A stretch of 63,953 bases of DNA, the filler included, from Lama guanicoe (lineage: Eukaryota): NCBI GenBank assembly GCA_013239625.1. It is 189 parts of 189 records of this genome, joined end to end, with 100 filler letters (N's around TTAATTAATTAA, not from the genome) between each part and the next. Parts side by side here need not be neighbours in the genome. Positions count along the whole stretch, not along the records: positions 1 to 238 come from PNXV01045935.1; positions 339 to 576 come from PNXV01045936.1; positions 677 to 914 come from PNXV01045937.1; positions 1,015 to 1,252 come from PNXV01045938.1; positions 1,353 to 1,590 come from PNXV01045939.1; positions 1,691 to 1,928 come from PNXV01045940.1; positions 2,029 to 2,266 come from PNXV01045941.1; positions 2,367 to 2,604 come from PNXV01045942.1; 181 more parts are not named here. The stretch is one strand, 5' to 3'. Positions within the stretch are counted from its first letter, which is position 1. The number at the start of each line of letters is the position of its first letter. Below are positions 1-12,051 of this stretch, in pieces. The notes beneath the pieces are model-generated. The model was given only the letters and a program-made list of their open reading frames with translations, made no database searches and had not been told where the DNA came from. A program made the translations under genes and the position numbers.

Positions 1-3000
1 TGTTTTGTTTTGTTTTGTCTTTTATTTGATTTTGCTATCTAGGGTTTTGCTTTTTCTAGAAATGCTTTTCATTTAACATCTTTTCTAAAGTGTCAGGGCC
101 CACTTTGATCTGCATAATTATTGTTTCCAGATTTCAATTTGTGTGCATTTGTCTCTCAAGGCATTGGTGAAATCTCAGATTTTATATTCAGCATTAAAGA
201 GGAATAAATTCCAGAAAACACCTATTCTGAAAATGGAANNNNNNNNNNNNNNNNNNNNNNNNNNNNNNNNNNNNNNNNNNNNTTAATTAATTAANNNNNN
301 NNNNNNNNNNNNNNNNNNNNNNNNNNNNNNNNNNNNNNTGAGGTAGGAAGTTCCTGTGTTGGATGTGTTAGGAGTCTGACTGTGACGGGTGCTAATTTTT
401 GAAACTGAATTTTGCCGTCGAGTTCTAAAATTCCTTCCTAGGCTTCATTTAGAAATAGTTCTTCATATTCTTCTAGTTTTCTCGCTTTGTTTGTTTTTAC
501 GCACTCATCTAAACATCGCAGGTTTCTGTTTCTGCTGAATCACAGAAACGCCTGAATCAAAATGACACTTTATCAGNNNNNNNNNNNNNNNNNNNNNNNN
601 NNNNNNNNNNNNNNNNNNNNTTAATTAATTAANNNNNNNNNNNNNNNNNNNNNNNNNNNNNNNNNNNNNNNNNNNNTGTGCCTAAGCCACTCAGCAGCCT
701 CAGCTGGCGATCACCTGTCTGCAGTACCGCCCACCAGCGTGCCCTCTACCCCGCCCCCTCTCAGAAACCAGAGCCACTGCACAGCCTGCACATCTGGAGG
801 CCTTCCGCTTCTACAGTGCCCGGACTCTCTCCCCATCCTCCTGTGGCCCTCGGACACTGACAGCATTGTACCAGTGTGGAAGCTGGCTGGCCCCTGCTCC
901 ATGCCCTTGCCATGNNNNNNNNNNNNNNNNNNNNNNNNNNNNNNNNNNNNNNNNNNNNTTAATTAATTAANNNNNNNNNNNNNNNNNNNNNNNNNNNNNN
1001 NNNNNNNNNNNNNNCACCCCAGATTCATGAAGAATGAATGAATCAGAGCCGAGCAATTAAAGGTCAATGGAGGCTGAGGTGAGCATGAGGGGAGGATGCT
1101 GTTTCTCTACTACGTCGTGTTCTAGGGGCCAAGGGAGTCATCAGATGCCCGTAATCGGGCATTGCGGATGCAGATATAAGAGGCATCCCTCACAACACCA
1201 GCACCTACAGTAAAGTGTCAGCCTGTCAGGGTATCCCGTGTGGAATTTTGCCNNNNNNNNNNNNNNNNNNNNNNNNNNNNNNNNNNNNNNNNNNNNTTAA
1301 TTAATTAANNNNNNNNNNNNNNNNNNNNNNNNNNNNNNNNNNNNNNNNNNNNTTTACTTTCTCACAAAGTCCTAAAATGTCATGAATTTAAATAGAGAAA
1401 GGAAAGACTCAATTCATCAATGATGAACTAGCCATATCAAGAACCAAATCTTACCTATTTTGGAACCAGGTCTTATCCGGAAATTAAAAGAAAAATGTAC
1501 ATGTGTGTGTGCATGTGAGTGATGATGTGATGCTGTCAGAGACCTGGGTAGGTCTGAGCACTGAAGAATGTCCCTTCCTGATTCTGATTTNNNNNNNNNN
1601 NNNNNNNNNNNNNNNNNNNNNNNNNNNNNNNNNNTTAATTAATTAANNNNNNNNNNNNNNNNNNNNNNNNNNNNNNNNNNNNNNNNNNNNCGGGGAGGCA
1701 AATCAGGGGAGGGGGCTTGTGCTGAAGGAGGAAGGAGGGTGGTCCACGCTCCCACAGTGGATTTGGAAAACTCGGTCAAAGAAAATCTAGAGAAAGAAAA
1801 GATGGTTCTCTAATTCTGCCGATGGCTTGCATATTCAATCAAGGTTATAATTGCCACCCCAAACATCGTTGCTTTCTGATTATCCATTTCATTGCACCTT
1901 GGGATTTTCTCATTTAAAAGATTTTTTTNNNNNNNNNNNNNNNNNNNNNNNNNNNNNNNNNNNNNNNNNNNNTTAATTAATTAANNNNNNNNNNNNNNNN
2001 NNNNNNNNNNNNNNNNNNNNNNNNNNNNGAATCATGGACAAAATACTCCGTGGCTGAACTTGCTGAATTTTCACACAGAGTATGTGGACACCCCCTCCCT
2101 AAGGCCATGGGAACATCTCACCCTGGAGTCTCCAGGGTTGGCAGATCAGATCATTCACCTCTGAACTCTTTAACACTAGGGAAGAGGAAGTTGTGGACAG
2201 GAGGTGAAGACAATTCAGGGAGGATTTCTTTGGAGAGAATTGTCAATAGGCTACTCTTTTCCCTTTNNNNNNNNNNNNNNNNNNNNNNNNNNNNNNNNNN
2301 NNNNNNNNNNTTAATTAATTAANNNNNNNNNNNNNNNNNNNNNNNNNNNNNNNNNNNNNNNNNNNNATTAATTAATGTGTCTTACATCCAGTCTGCCAAA
2401 TCTCTCTTTCTTGGCGTGTATTGCTTGTGTTTGTCACTAGCTCTGTTAATGATGGGCTGACTTTTACCAATCTCAGCTTATTTGAAAGCAATTAATAGTA
2501 ATAATATTGAATTAAAAATGAAAAATCTAGGGCAATTGCTAAACCGGATGGAATCTGTGACAATAGTAAAGATTAGGGATATAGTTACCATACCCTTAAC
2601 CTGCNNNNNNNNNNNNNNNNNNNNNNNNNNNNNNNNNNNNNNNNNNNNTTAATTAATTAANNNNNNNNNNNNNNNNNNNNNNNNNNNNNNNNNNNNNNNN
2701 NNNNTCCAGTATCCTGAGTGTGGGGTAGTTCCTCCAACTGATATCAACCTCTTTTTTTTTAATAGAATCCCTTTGCTTGTCTCCCCTGATGGCTTGCCCA
2801 GGCCAATATGTGGTTGAAAGTGGGATTTGGGCTCTAAAACTAAGTATCACCGTGTGCCTCTCCATGAGCAGTGGAGATGTTTCTACTACAACACACAACT
2901 TGGGAATTACTGTGACCCCTGAAAATTGCGTGTTCTTTGTTTNNNNNNNNNNNNNNNNNNNNNNNNNNNNNNNNNNNNNNNNNNNNTTAATTAATTAANN

Positions 3001-3380
3001 NNNNNNNNNNNNNNNNNNNNNNNNNNNNNNNNNNNNNNNNNNCCCTCTCAGCTTCTTCTCTTCTGGCCCACTCTTCTGCTCCAGGAAGATTTTAAAGAGA
3101 GAAGAAAACAACATTCAGCCCTGAGAGCTACAACCCTTCATTCCCCAGCCCTCCACTTTCTCATTGACCAAACTGTCTGGAAAAAGCAGATGGACATGTC
3201 TGAATTCACGCGTGACCACAGATCAAGGGCAGGTGTGATGAGCATGTGCTAGGAAAGGCCCTGTCTGGCTGGCTGGCTGGNNNNNNNNNNNNNNNNNNNN
3301 NNNNNNNNNNNNNNNNNNNNNNNNTTAATTAATTAANNNNNNNNNNNNNNNNNNNNNNNNNNNNNNNNNNNNNNNNNNNN

Positions 3381-3618
3381 TGTCCTGGGTAATTTGATAG
3401 GATCACATTAAATCCGTAGATTGCTTTGGTTAGTATGGTCACTTTAACAATATTAATTCTTTCAATCCAAGAGCATGGAATATCTTTCCATTTCTTTAAA
3501 TCACCTTTAATTTCCTTAATCAGTGTTTTATAATTCTCTATGTATAAGTCTCTCACCTTCTTGGCCAGGTTTATTCCTAAATATTTTATTTTTTTGGATG
3601 TGATTTTAAAAGGGATTG
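3381..3618 (-). mobile_element. LINE-1 ORF2 fragment
   Basis: Minus-strand translation [36 protein letters not shown] is typical L1 ORF2p. Confidence 0.95.
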
Positions 3619-5073
3619 NNNNNNNNNNNNNNNNNNNNNNNNNNNNNNNNNNNNNNNNNNNNTTAATTAATTAANNNNNNNNNNNNNNNNNNNNNNNNNN
3701 NNNNNNNNNNNNNNNNNNAAAGCTTACTCTGCATCCATATATACACAGGTAATTCATGGCATGGAGCAATTAAATTGAAGAGACTTTTCAGTGACTTTTT
3801 TGTGCAAGACCATGCTCTAAATCATGTGGGAAAACACAAATCTTTAAATGGTCCACGTGCATAATTCATATTTACTACAAAAACCTGGTAAATGAGATAC
3901 CACTGTATCTTAAGCCTTAAATTGATATTCAAACTGAGATATCCCATCGAAGTGCCNNNNNNNNNNNNNNNNNNNNNNNNNNNNNNNNNNNNNNNNNNNN
4001 TTAATTAATTAANNNNNNNNNNNNNNNNNNNNNNNNNNNNNNNNNNNNNNNNNNNNATTTCTAATTTTGTTCAGAAGTTCTACAAAGAAATAAGAACTAG
4101 ACTCATAGAGAATGAAGGCTTTTGGAATCAGCATTTTTCACTCCCCATAACCCCCTGCAGATTTCTCAAAACTGCTGTGTGCTCTAAGAGTCCCTTCCTT
4201 GTCTGGGCTGAGTCCTGTTCCAATATTCAGGTACAGCGACTGGGACCCACCCTCCCTCTGGAGGGCATTGGATCGGTCTCTCTTGGGGGCTACTGNNNNN
4301 NNNNNNNNNNNNNNNNNNNNNNNNNNNNNNNNNNNNNNNTTAATTAATTAANNNNNNNNNNNNNNNNNNNNNNNNNNNNNNNNNNNNNNNNNNNNGGAGG
4401 CCTCCAGTCATTCAAATGTTGATTGGGCCCCTACTGTGTGCCAAGTCAGAGCAAGGAAACCTGGATGATTAAGCAAGCAACCTCAACAGCGTGTGATGAG
4501 GGCTGGGCTGGAAGATGTTCCTGGTGGGGTGGAAGCACAAAGTTGAAGGGGCCAACCAAGCTCGGGGCCAAGGAGGGTGCAGGATGGTGGGAAGTGAGCG
4601 GAGAAAGGACACTGGTCAAAGAGGGAGGATGTTCNNNNNNNNNNNNNNNNNNNNNNNNNNNNNNNNNNNNNNNNNNNNTTAATTAATTAANNNNNNNNNN
4701 NNNNNNNNNNNNNNNNNNNNNNNNNNNNNNNNNNGTTGCTCCAAGGCACCCTCCTTCCTCCACATTCTGGTATGAGGGTCTGCGGTGGCAGTGGGATTTG
4801 CAAAGGCCCCAGGTGATGTTCTGAGCAGCAGGGTGAGAAGCCCTAATGTGGGGAGACCTGAGCAACAGGCCCCTGAAGGCTGTGAGAAGGCACTGGTGTT
4901 GCAGGAAGGGAGAGGTCCTCTGGAGGATTGATTTTAAAGTTTCCAGGTTTTTCGGTCCATCTAAACCTGATTGNNNNNNNNNNNNNNNNNNNNNNNNNNN
5001 NNNNNNNNNNNNNNNNNTTAATTAATTAANNNNNNNNNNNNNNNNNNNNNNNNNNNNNNNNNNNNNNNNNNNN

Positions 5074-5270
5074 GGACGTTTCTCAAAAAACTAAAAATAG
5101 AACTACCATATGATCCAGCAATTTGATTCCTGGGTATGTATCTGAAAAAAACAGAAACACTAATTTGAAAAGATACATGCACCCCAATGTTCACAGTGGC
5201 GTTATTTACAATTGCCAAGATACGGAAGCAACCTACATGTCCCTCAGCAAGTGACTGGGTAAAGATGTGG
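5074..5270 (+). mobile_element. LINE-1 ORF2 C-terminal region
   Basis: ctcaaaaaactaaaaatagaactaccatatgatccagcaat...tgcaccccaatgttcacag is canonical L1 sequence. Confidence 0.93.
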
Positions 5271-5271
5271 G

Positions 5272-5311
<40 letters not shown>
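5272..5311. repeat. (TG)n(TA)n microsatellite at contig end
   Basis: Seen directly. Confidence 0.95.
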
Positions 5312-5893
5312 NNNNNNNNNNNNNNNNNNNNNNNNNNNNNNNNNNNNNNNNNNNNTTAATTAATTAANNNNNNNNNNNNNNNNNNNNNNNNNNNNNNNNN
5401 NNNNNNNNNNNGTTGTTTCACTTTCCTCCTATTTCACAGAAATGAAAATATCAGACAACATTAAGGTTGTACACTCATTTAACAGTTGCAGCCCTAGGTT
5501 GGCTTCTCATGACTTTTACAAAATCAGCAAGAATATTTTGTCAGAATCATTTGGCTCTATAGAATTTACAATAAAGAGTATTGTATACTTTATTATAATT
5601 TTAAATTGTGTCCTGTACATCCTTTATATTGGTAAAATTTATAATAAACANNNNNNNNNNNNNNNNNNNNNNNNNNNNNNNNNNNNNNNNNNNNTTAATT
5701 AATTAANNNNNNNNNNNNNNNNNNNNNNNNNNNNNNNNNNNNNNNNNNNNCTGTTTTCACATAGAAAAATAATACCTAGATTGTTTTAAAACAGTTTCCA
5801 TGCATAGAAAAGGACAACACCTTCTGAATGTATTCTAGTTTAACATATCCATTTATACAAAATTAGACTAGGATGGCACATATTGCTTATTTT

Positions 5894-5929
<36 letters not shown>
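5894..5929. repeat. (TA)n(CA)n microsatellite
   Basis: Seen directly. Confidence 0.9.
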
Positions 5930-5930
<1 letters not shown>

Positions 5931-7501
5931 GAAAGCTAATAGAAGATTAGCAGGATACGTGCATTATATTAATGATATATGGTATGATNNNNNNNNNNNN
6001 NNNNNNNNNNNNNNNNNNNNNNNNNNNNNNNNTTAATTAATTAANNNNNNNNNNNNNNNNNNNNNNNNNNNNNNNNNNNNNNNNNNNNATTCCTTAAAAT
6101 TATTTACCTTAATTTCTTAAAAAGATCTTTTCATAAGGTATCAAAGCATCTTATTTTTTCAGAGACAGGCAGCATTTTACCTTTATAAGTAAAGGATAAG
6201 TGACCAAGATGAAGATGCTTATTACTTTTTGATAATCATAGCTTTGGAAGGTCATTTCACCCCAAAATTCTTCAGGGTAATAAAAGCTGACCAGAAATGT
6301 GTCAGTGGAAATAGGTAGGTGCACTGCNNNNNNNNNNNNNNNNNNNNNNNNNNNNNNNNNNNNNNNNNNNNTTAATTAATTAANNNNNNNNNNNNNNNNN
6401 NNNNNNNNNNNNNNNNNNNNNNNNNNNCTGAATTCTAGTCTTGATTTGACCATTTACTAGTAATTTGTCTTGGAAAAGTCTTTTAATATCTCTGAGACTC
6501 AAGTTTACTCCCAAAATCAAGATTACAAATTTTACTTATATCAAAAGTTGTGATGAATATTATGTACAAAGCTTCTTTCAATGTAGCATTTATTTGTGCT
6601 TGATTTTAAGTTATGTGGTCAAGATGCTCACCCCTGATATTTCTTGACTTTTGGAATAAAGGTAGANNNNNNNNNNNNNNNNNNNNNNNNNNNNNNNNNN
6701 NNNNNNNNNNTTAATTAATTAANNNNNNNNNNNNNNNNNNNNNNNNNNNNNNNNNNNNNNNNNNNNTGAATTGCGATCACCTATCTGCTTTCTTAGTGTG
6801 ACCTGTTTTTTTTTTTTCCCACTTAACATGCCACCAGCGCTCTCCCATGTCATTAACGCGACTTCACATTTGAAGGTTTGCTAAGTGCCACTGCACGAAC
6901 GCACTGCAATTGATTTAGCTATTTCCTCCATCGTTGGTCATTTAGATTATTTCCCATTTTCCCCAGGACAGACGTCACACTGGTACTTTAACTATAAATC
7001 GTTGTNNNNNNNNNNNNNNNNNNNNNNNNNNNNNNNNNNNNNNNNNNNNTTAATTAATTAANNNNNNNNNNNNNNNNNNNNNNNNNNNNNNNNNNNNNNN
7101 NNNNNGGCGAGGGTCTGGTCTGGTCCTGCCCTGAAGGAGCTCGTAGGTTCATGGAAGACATGCTTACCTCATCAACTGACTGCAGCACCGAGGCCCAAGG
7201 CTTCCATGAAGTCACAGAAACACGACATGTACATCACAAGTTGTGTATCACCTTTGGTAAAGCACATATGTAAGGCTGCTATTTGATTTTCCAGAAAGAA
7301 TTAAAATTACTCCATTGCACACCTGTCTCCATGTTGTAAGCAGGNNNNNNNNNNNNNNNNNNNNNNNNNNNNNNNNNNNNNNNNNNNNTTAATTAATTAA
7401 NNNNNNNNNNNNNNNNNNNNNNNNNNNNNNNNNNNNNNNNNNNNGAAGCGCCCGCCGCCCGGGGCAGGCCGCTCGGCCGCGCGCACGGCCGCCGCGGCCC
7501 C

Positions 7502-7683
7502 ATGCTGCTGCCCCTGGCCTGCCTGCACGGCCGGGTGGCGCAGTGCCTCACCGCGCTCCTGGTCCTCGCAGAGCCGCCCCCGAGGCCTCGGCGCGGCGCG
7601 AGGGCGCACGGCGCGCCACCCCCGCGCGCCGAGGCCGCCCTGCCCGCGAAGATGGCCGCGGAGCTCTACGCGCCCGCCGCCAC
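7502..7683 (+). CDS. BTBD6: BTB/POZ domain-containing protein 6, N-terminal fragment in a CpG island (3' truncated by contig end)
   Basis: MLLPLACLHGRVAQCLTALLVLAEPPPRPRRGARA...PAKMAAELYAPAA matches the recalled human BTBD6 long-isoform start (MLLPLACLHGRVAQCLTSLLLLAEPLPRPRRGARA...PAKMAAELYAPAS). The contig is very GC- and CpG-rich. Confidence 0.9.
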
Positions 7684-7814
7684 NNNNNNNNNNNNNNNNN
7701 NNNNNNNNNNNNNNNNNNNNNNNNNNNTTAATTAATTAANNNNNNNNNNNNNNNNNNNNNNNNNNNNNNNNNNNNNNNNNNNNTTTTTTTTTTTTTTGTA
7801 TTTAGGCCTTCTTT

Positions 7815-8021
7815 TAAATTTTTTTTTTATTCAAAGTATAGTCAGTTACAGTGTGTAATTTCTGGTGTACAGCACAATGTTCCAGTCATGCACATATATA
7901 TACATATATTTGTTACCATATTCTTTTTCATTAAAGGTTATTAAAAGATACTCAATATAGTTGCCTGTGCTAGACAGAAGATATTTTTTAAATCTGTTTT
8001 TATATATAGTGGCTAACATTT
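7815..8021 (-). mobile_element. LINE-1 3' end with poly(A) (camelid-type)
   Basis: Reverse complement reads ...gcatgactggaacattgtgctgtacaccagaaattacacactgtaactgactatactttgaataaaaaaaa. The same motif occurs at 21341 and 34316. Confidence 0.85.
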
Positions 8022-8121
8022 NNNNNNNNNNNNNNNNNNNNNNNNNNNNNNNNNNNNNNNNNNNNTTAATTAATTAANNNNNNNNNNNNNNNNNNNNNNN
8101 NNNNNNNNNNNNNNNNNNNNN

Positions 8122-8699
8122 TCACAACCTAAAGGGGAAGGGAGGCAAGAAAACAGGTTCAGGAAAACCACGTTCAGGGGCGAAGTGCACGAAGTCACAT
8201 AGAGACTGAGCGCACCGTGTGTCTAAGTTCGCCACAAGAGTTGCTTGGGAATACCCTTCCAGCGGCGAGGACTCTGTGTGCATCTTGAAGAAGGAACAGG
8301 ATTTGACAGTGTGGGCAAAGGAGAAGATGTCTTTGTTCACCAAGTAATGTAGTCGCATACNNNNNNNNNNNNNNNNNNNNNNNNNNNNNNNNNNNNNNNN
8401 NNNNTTAATTAATTAANNNNNNNNNNNNNNNNNNNNNNNNNNNNNNNNNNNNNNNNNNNNTCACAACCTAAAGGGGAAGGGAGGCAAGAAAACAGGTTCA
8501 GGAAAACCATGTTCAGGGGCGAAGTGCATGAAGTCACATAGAGACTGAGCGCACCGTGTGTCTAAATTCGCCACAAGAGTTGCTTGGGAATACCCTTCCA
8601 GCGGCGAGGACTCTGCGTGCATCTTGAAGAAGGAACAGGATTTGACAGTATGGGCAAAGGAGAAGATGTCTTTGTTCACCAAGTAATGTAGTCGCATAC
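8122..8699. repeat. Near-identical contig pair 8122-8360 / 8461-8699 (assembly bubble: alleles or paralogues)
   Basis: Five substitutions (8171, 8190, 8227, 8277, 8311), all transitions, with 49 identical bases on each flank. Confidence 0.95.
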
Positions 8700-9138
8700 N
8701 NNNNNNNNNNNNNNNNNNNNNNNNNNNNNNNNNNNNNNNNNNNTTAATTAATTAANNNNNNNNNNNNNNNNNNNNNNNNNNNNNNNNNNNNNNNNNNNNA
8801 CATTTTTTAAAGGAAATCCTTAAGCTGTGCTTCAAAGGATAAAGAGCAATGAATCTGGGAAAGAAGGAGGAGAACCAAAGTGAAAGCTGATGGGAAGGTG
8901 AAAGCAAACAAACAAAGACAAAGGGCAGTAAAGGCTCAGAGAAGATGCGAGACTGATCTGGGATTGGAAACCACAGTGCGTTTTGTCCTGAAAGACAACG
9001 AGAAACAGATAAGGGAAGGACTAGAGAGGCAGAAAGGCNNNNNNNNNNNNNNNNNNNNNNNNNNNNNNNNNNNNNNNNNNNNTTAATTAATTAANNNNNN
9101 NNNNNNNNNNNNNNNNNNNNNNNNNNNNNNNNNNNNNN

Positions 9139-9377
9139 ATTCTTTATGTGGATGGCTCCTTGTTGCCATTTAGATCTCAAAATAAATATCACAACCTCCA
9201 CAGGCCTTCCTTGACTACTCAGTCTAAAGTAGCCATCCATTCACTGCCATATAACCAAATTAAATTGTCTTCCAGCTCTGGTTACTATCTGATGTTTTGC
9301 TCATTCATATCTTGCTGAATTGTCCATCGTGTGTCTGGTATATGGGCTCCCAAATGGCAGAGGGCTCGTCTTTCTGG
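9139..9377. mobile_element. LINE-2 3' region, ancient fragment
   Basis: tggctccttgttgccatttagatctcaaaataaatatcacaacctccacaggccttccttgactac...ggctcccaaatggcagagg resembles the L2a 3' region. Confidence 0.65.
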
Positions 9378-10493
9378 NNNNNNNNNNNNNNNNNNNNNNN
9401 NNNNNNNNNNNNNNNNNNNNNTTAATTAATTAANNNNNNNNNNNNNNNNNNNNNNNNNNNNNNNNNNNNNNNNNNNNAGATGTAGGAGAAACACTCACTC
9501 TGGGTTGTCAGTGTGTTTCCTAGTGCTGGTTTGAAGTTCCTACAATTTTCACTGTCAAACCGACTTGGGACTTTTACCTCCCAATATAAATGTATGGAAT
9601 GGCGTTTGCAACTAAAGAGAAAGTTTGTATTCCCAACAAGCTAGGTGAAGTAAGGGTTTCACACCTGCTTAACTCTCAGAATTGAGCATGTGGAGAGACG
9701 TTCGTTCATCTAGCANNNNNNNNNNNNNNNNNNNNNNNNNNNNNNNNNNNNNNNNNNNNTTAATTAATTAANNNNNNNNNNNNNNNNNNNNNNNNNNNNN
9801 NNNNNNNNNNNNNNNACGTTCAAACACAAAAGCTGAGGGCAGCCTCACACTGGCCAGCTGAAGCTGCCATAGTGTGTCTTTTCTACAAATTTACAGTGAG
9901 CAGTTTCCATACTTGGAAGTTTATAGATGTCTGCAAGTAATCTTTTTTTTTACAAGTCATTTTTAGATAAATGGCTGCTAGATGAAGAGAGTTTAAAAAT
10001 ACAAAAATAACGTGGAACTTATAAAGCGTGGTAATTTAGGGAATCACACTGAAGNNNNNNNNNNNNNNNNNNNNNNNNNNNNNNNNNNNNNNNNNNNNTT
10101 AATTAATTAANNNNNNNNNNNNNNNNNNNNNNNNNNNNNNNNNNNNNNNNNNNNCATCTCGCCTTGACAGCAGGCTCTTCAAGCAGGGGGACAGTGTCAC
10201 ACTGTCCATAGGAAAGAGCATAAAGTTTAGAAGGAGAAGCCCTGGGCTCAAGCCCCAGCTCGGGGACCCGCCCGCTCACGCGACCTTCGGTGAGTCGCTG
10301 CATCCTGCTTCTCCTGCGTCACGGGGCCAGTGTACCTAAAACACAGGGTTACAGTTAGGACTAAAGAAGAGAATTATTAACAGAGCACTTGGTNNNNNNN
10401 NNNNNNNNNNNNNNNNNNNNNNNNNNNNNNNNNNNNNTTAATTAATTAANNNNNNNNNNNNNNNNNNNNNNNNNNNNNNNNNNNNNNNNNNNN

Positions 10494-10732
10494 ACTCAGA
10501 CTTGGGTAGTTAACAGTGCAGGTAGAGTGATCACATTCTGGATATTTTAAATGTATCCAAAGTTCTAGACAATGCAGTATGAAAGAAAATGAGAAGCCAG
10601 AGATGTCACAGTTTTGACCTAAACAGTGGTGAAGATGGAATCACTATCAAGAAAAAAATTAAAGAATGCAAGGGAGTAGGTTTGTATGGGGTGAGATCAG
10701 GAGTTCAGTGGAGAAATAAAGAAATCAGCTGG
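10494..10732. mobile_element. LINE-2 fragment
   Basis: cagttttgacctaaacagtggtgaagatggaatcactatc...gagatcaggagttcagt resembles L2 ORF2 remnants. Similar pieces occur at 48460-48698, 56935-57173 and 58969-59207. Confidence 0.55.
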
Positions 10733-11986
10733 NNNNNNNNNNNNNNNNNNNNNNNNNNNNNNNNNNNNNNNNNNNNTTAATTAATTAANNNNNNNNNNNN
10801 NNNNNNNNNNNNNNNNNNNNNNNNNNNNNNNNGCTCGGGGAGAGCGCCTGATCAGTGCTGGCCAATCAGGGCAGGGGACACTTCCATCTTGCACTGTGAT
10901 TGGCTCACAGATGGGCATGTGACCAAAGCTAAGCCAATGAGATCAGGTCTTTTATTCGTCGGGATCCTCTTTTCACAGGATTGGGAAGGGCAGACTCTGA
11001 GCCTGGATCAGCAGAGGCCACCTGTCACTGTGCAGAGAACCCGCCTGAGCCAGAGTGAGGCTGGCCCACAGNNNNNNNNNNNNNNNNNNNNNNNNNNNNN
11101 NNNNNNNNNNNNNNNTTAATTAATTAANNNNNNNNNNNNNNNNNNNNNNNNNNNNNNNNNNNNNNNNNNNNCAACAAACTCTAAGTAAATTGGCATAGAG
11201 TCAGTCCTTTGAGTTGGCAATATTTGTAGTGAGTACCTTTACAATAGACCCAGGTAGCATCAAAACTAACATCTTTTCTGGATTAACTCCCTTAATACTA
11301 TGACAGCCAACTCTTAGATATTCAATCCCTCACATTTCAAAGGCTGTTTGGTCTTCATGAGTCTCTCATTAAAGTCCAAGGCCCTGGAATCTGGACAGTG
11401 TCAAATAATTNNNNNNNNNNNNNNNNNNNNNNNNNNNNNNNNNNNNNNNNNNNNTTAATTAATTAANNNNNNNNNNNNNNNNNNNNNNNNNNNNNNNNNN
11501 NNNNNNNNNNAAAACATATTAACTGAAGTCCATACTTCATTCAATTTTCCTTCCGTTTATTTGATGTCCCTTTTCTGTCCCAGGATCTCATCCAGGACCC
11601 CATATTGCACTTAGTCACCATGTCTCCTTTGGGCTTCTGCATGAGGGACTTGGCTTGTTTGTGATGGCCTTGACAATTTTGTTTTGTCTTTTTGAGAGGG
11701 GTTACTGGTAAGATATTTTGTAGAATTTCCTTTAATTTGGATTTTACTGNNNNNNNNNNNNNNNNNNNNNNNNNNNNNNNNNNNNNNNNNNNNTTAATTA
11801 ATTAANNNNNNNNNNNNNNNNNNNNNNNNNNNNNNNNNNNNNNNNNNNNTTGTAGCCGTGCGAGATTTGGAGACGCACGTCTGTCAGCCTCAGAAAAAGA
11901 AAAGCCATTTAACTGCTTCTTTGGAGAGGCTGAGCTGCAGAGGCGGGTTTAGGGAGGTGGGAGGGAACAAGAGCAGTCTGCATTTT

Positions 11987-12051
11987 TGAGTGCGCGTGCA
12001 TGTGGGCATGTGTGCGCGTGTGTGCGTGCATGTGTGCGTGTGTGTGCATGT
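11987..12051. repeat. Alternating purine-pyrimidine (TG/CG/CA) tract
   Basis: gtgcgcgtgcatgtgggcatgtgtgcgcgtgtgtgcgtgcatgtgtgcgtgtgtgtgcatg seen directly. Confidence 0.8.

Noticed and set aside
1145..1162. Perfect 7-bp hairpin ATGCCCG-TAAT-CGGGCAT
   Set aside because: Too short, and expected by chance in this amount of sequence.
8122..8697. Duplicated 78-aa ORF (MRLHYLVNK...) suggesting a tandem gene pair
   Set aside because: It results from twin bubble contigs and is not a recognisable protein. The same applies to the 84-aa pair at 55527/55866.
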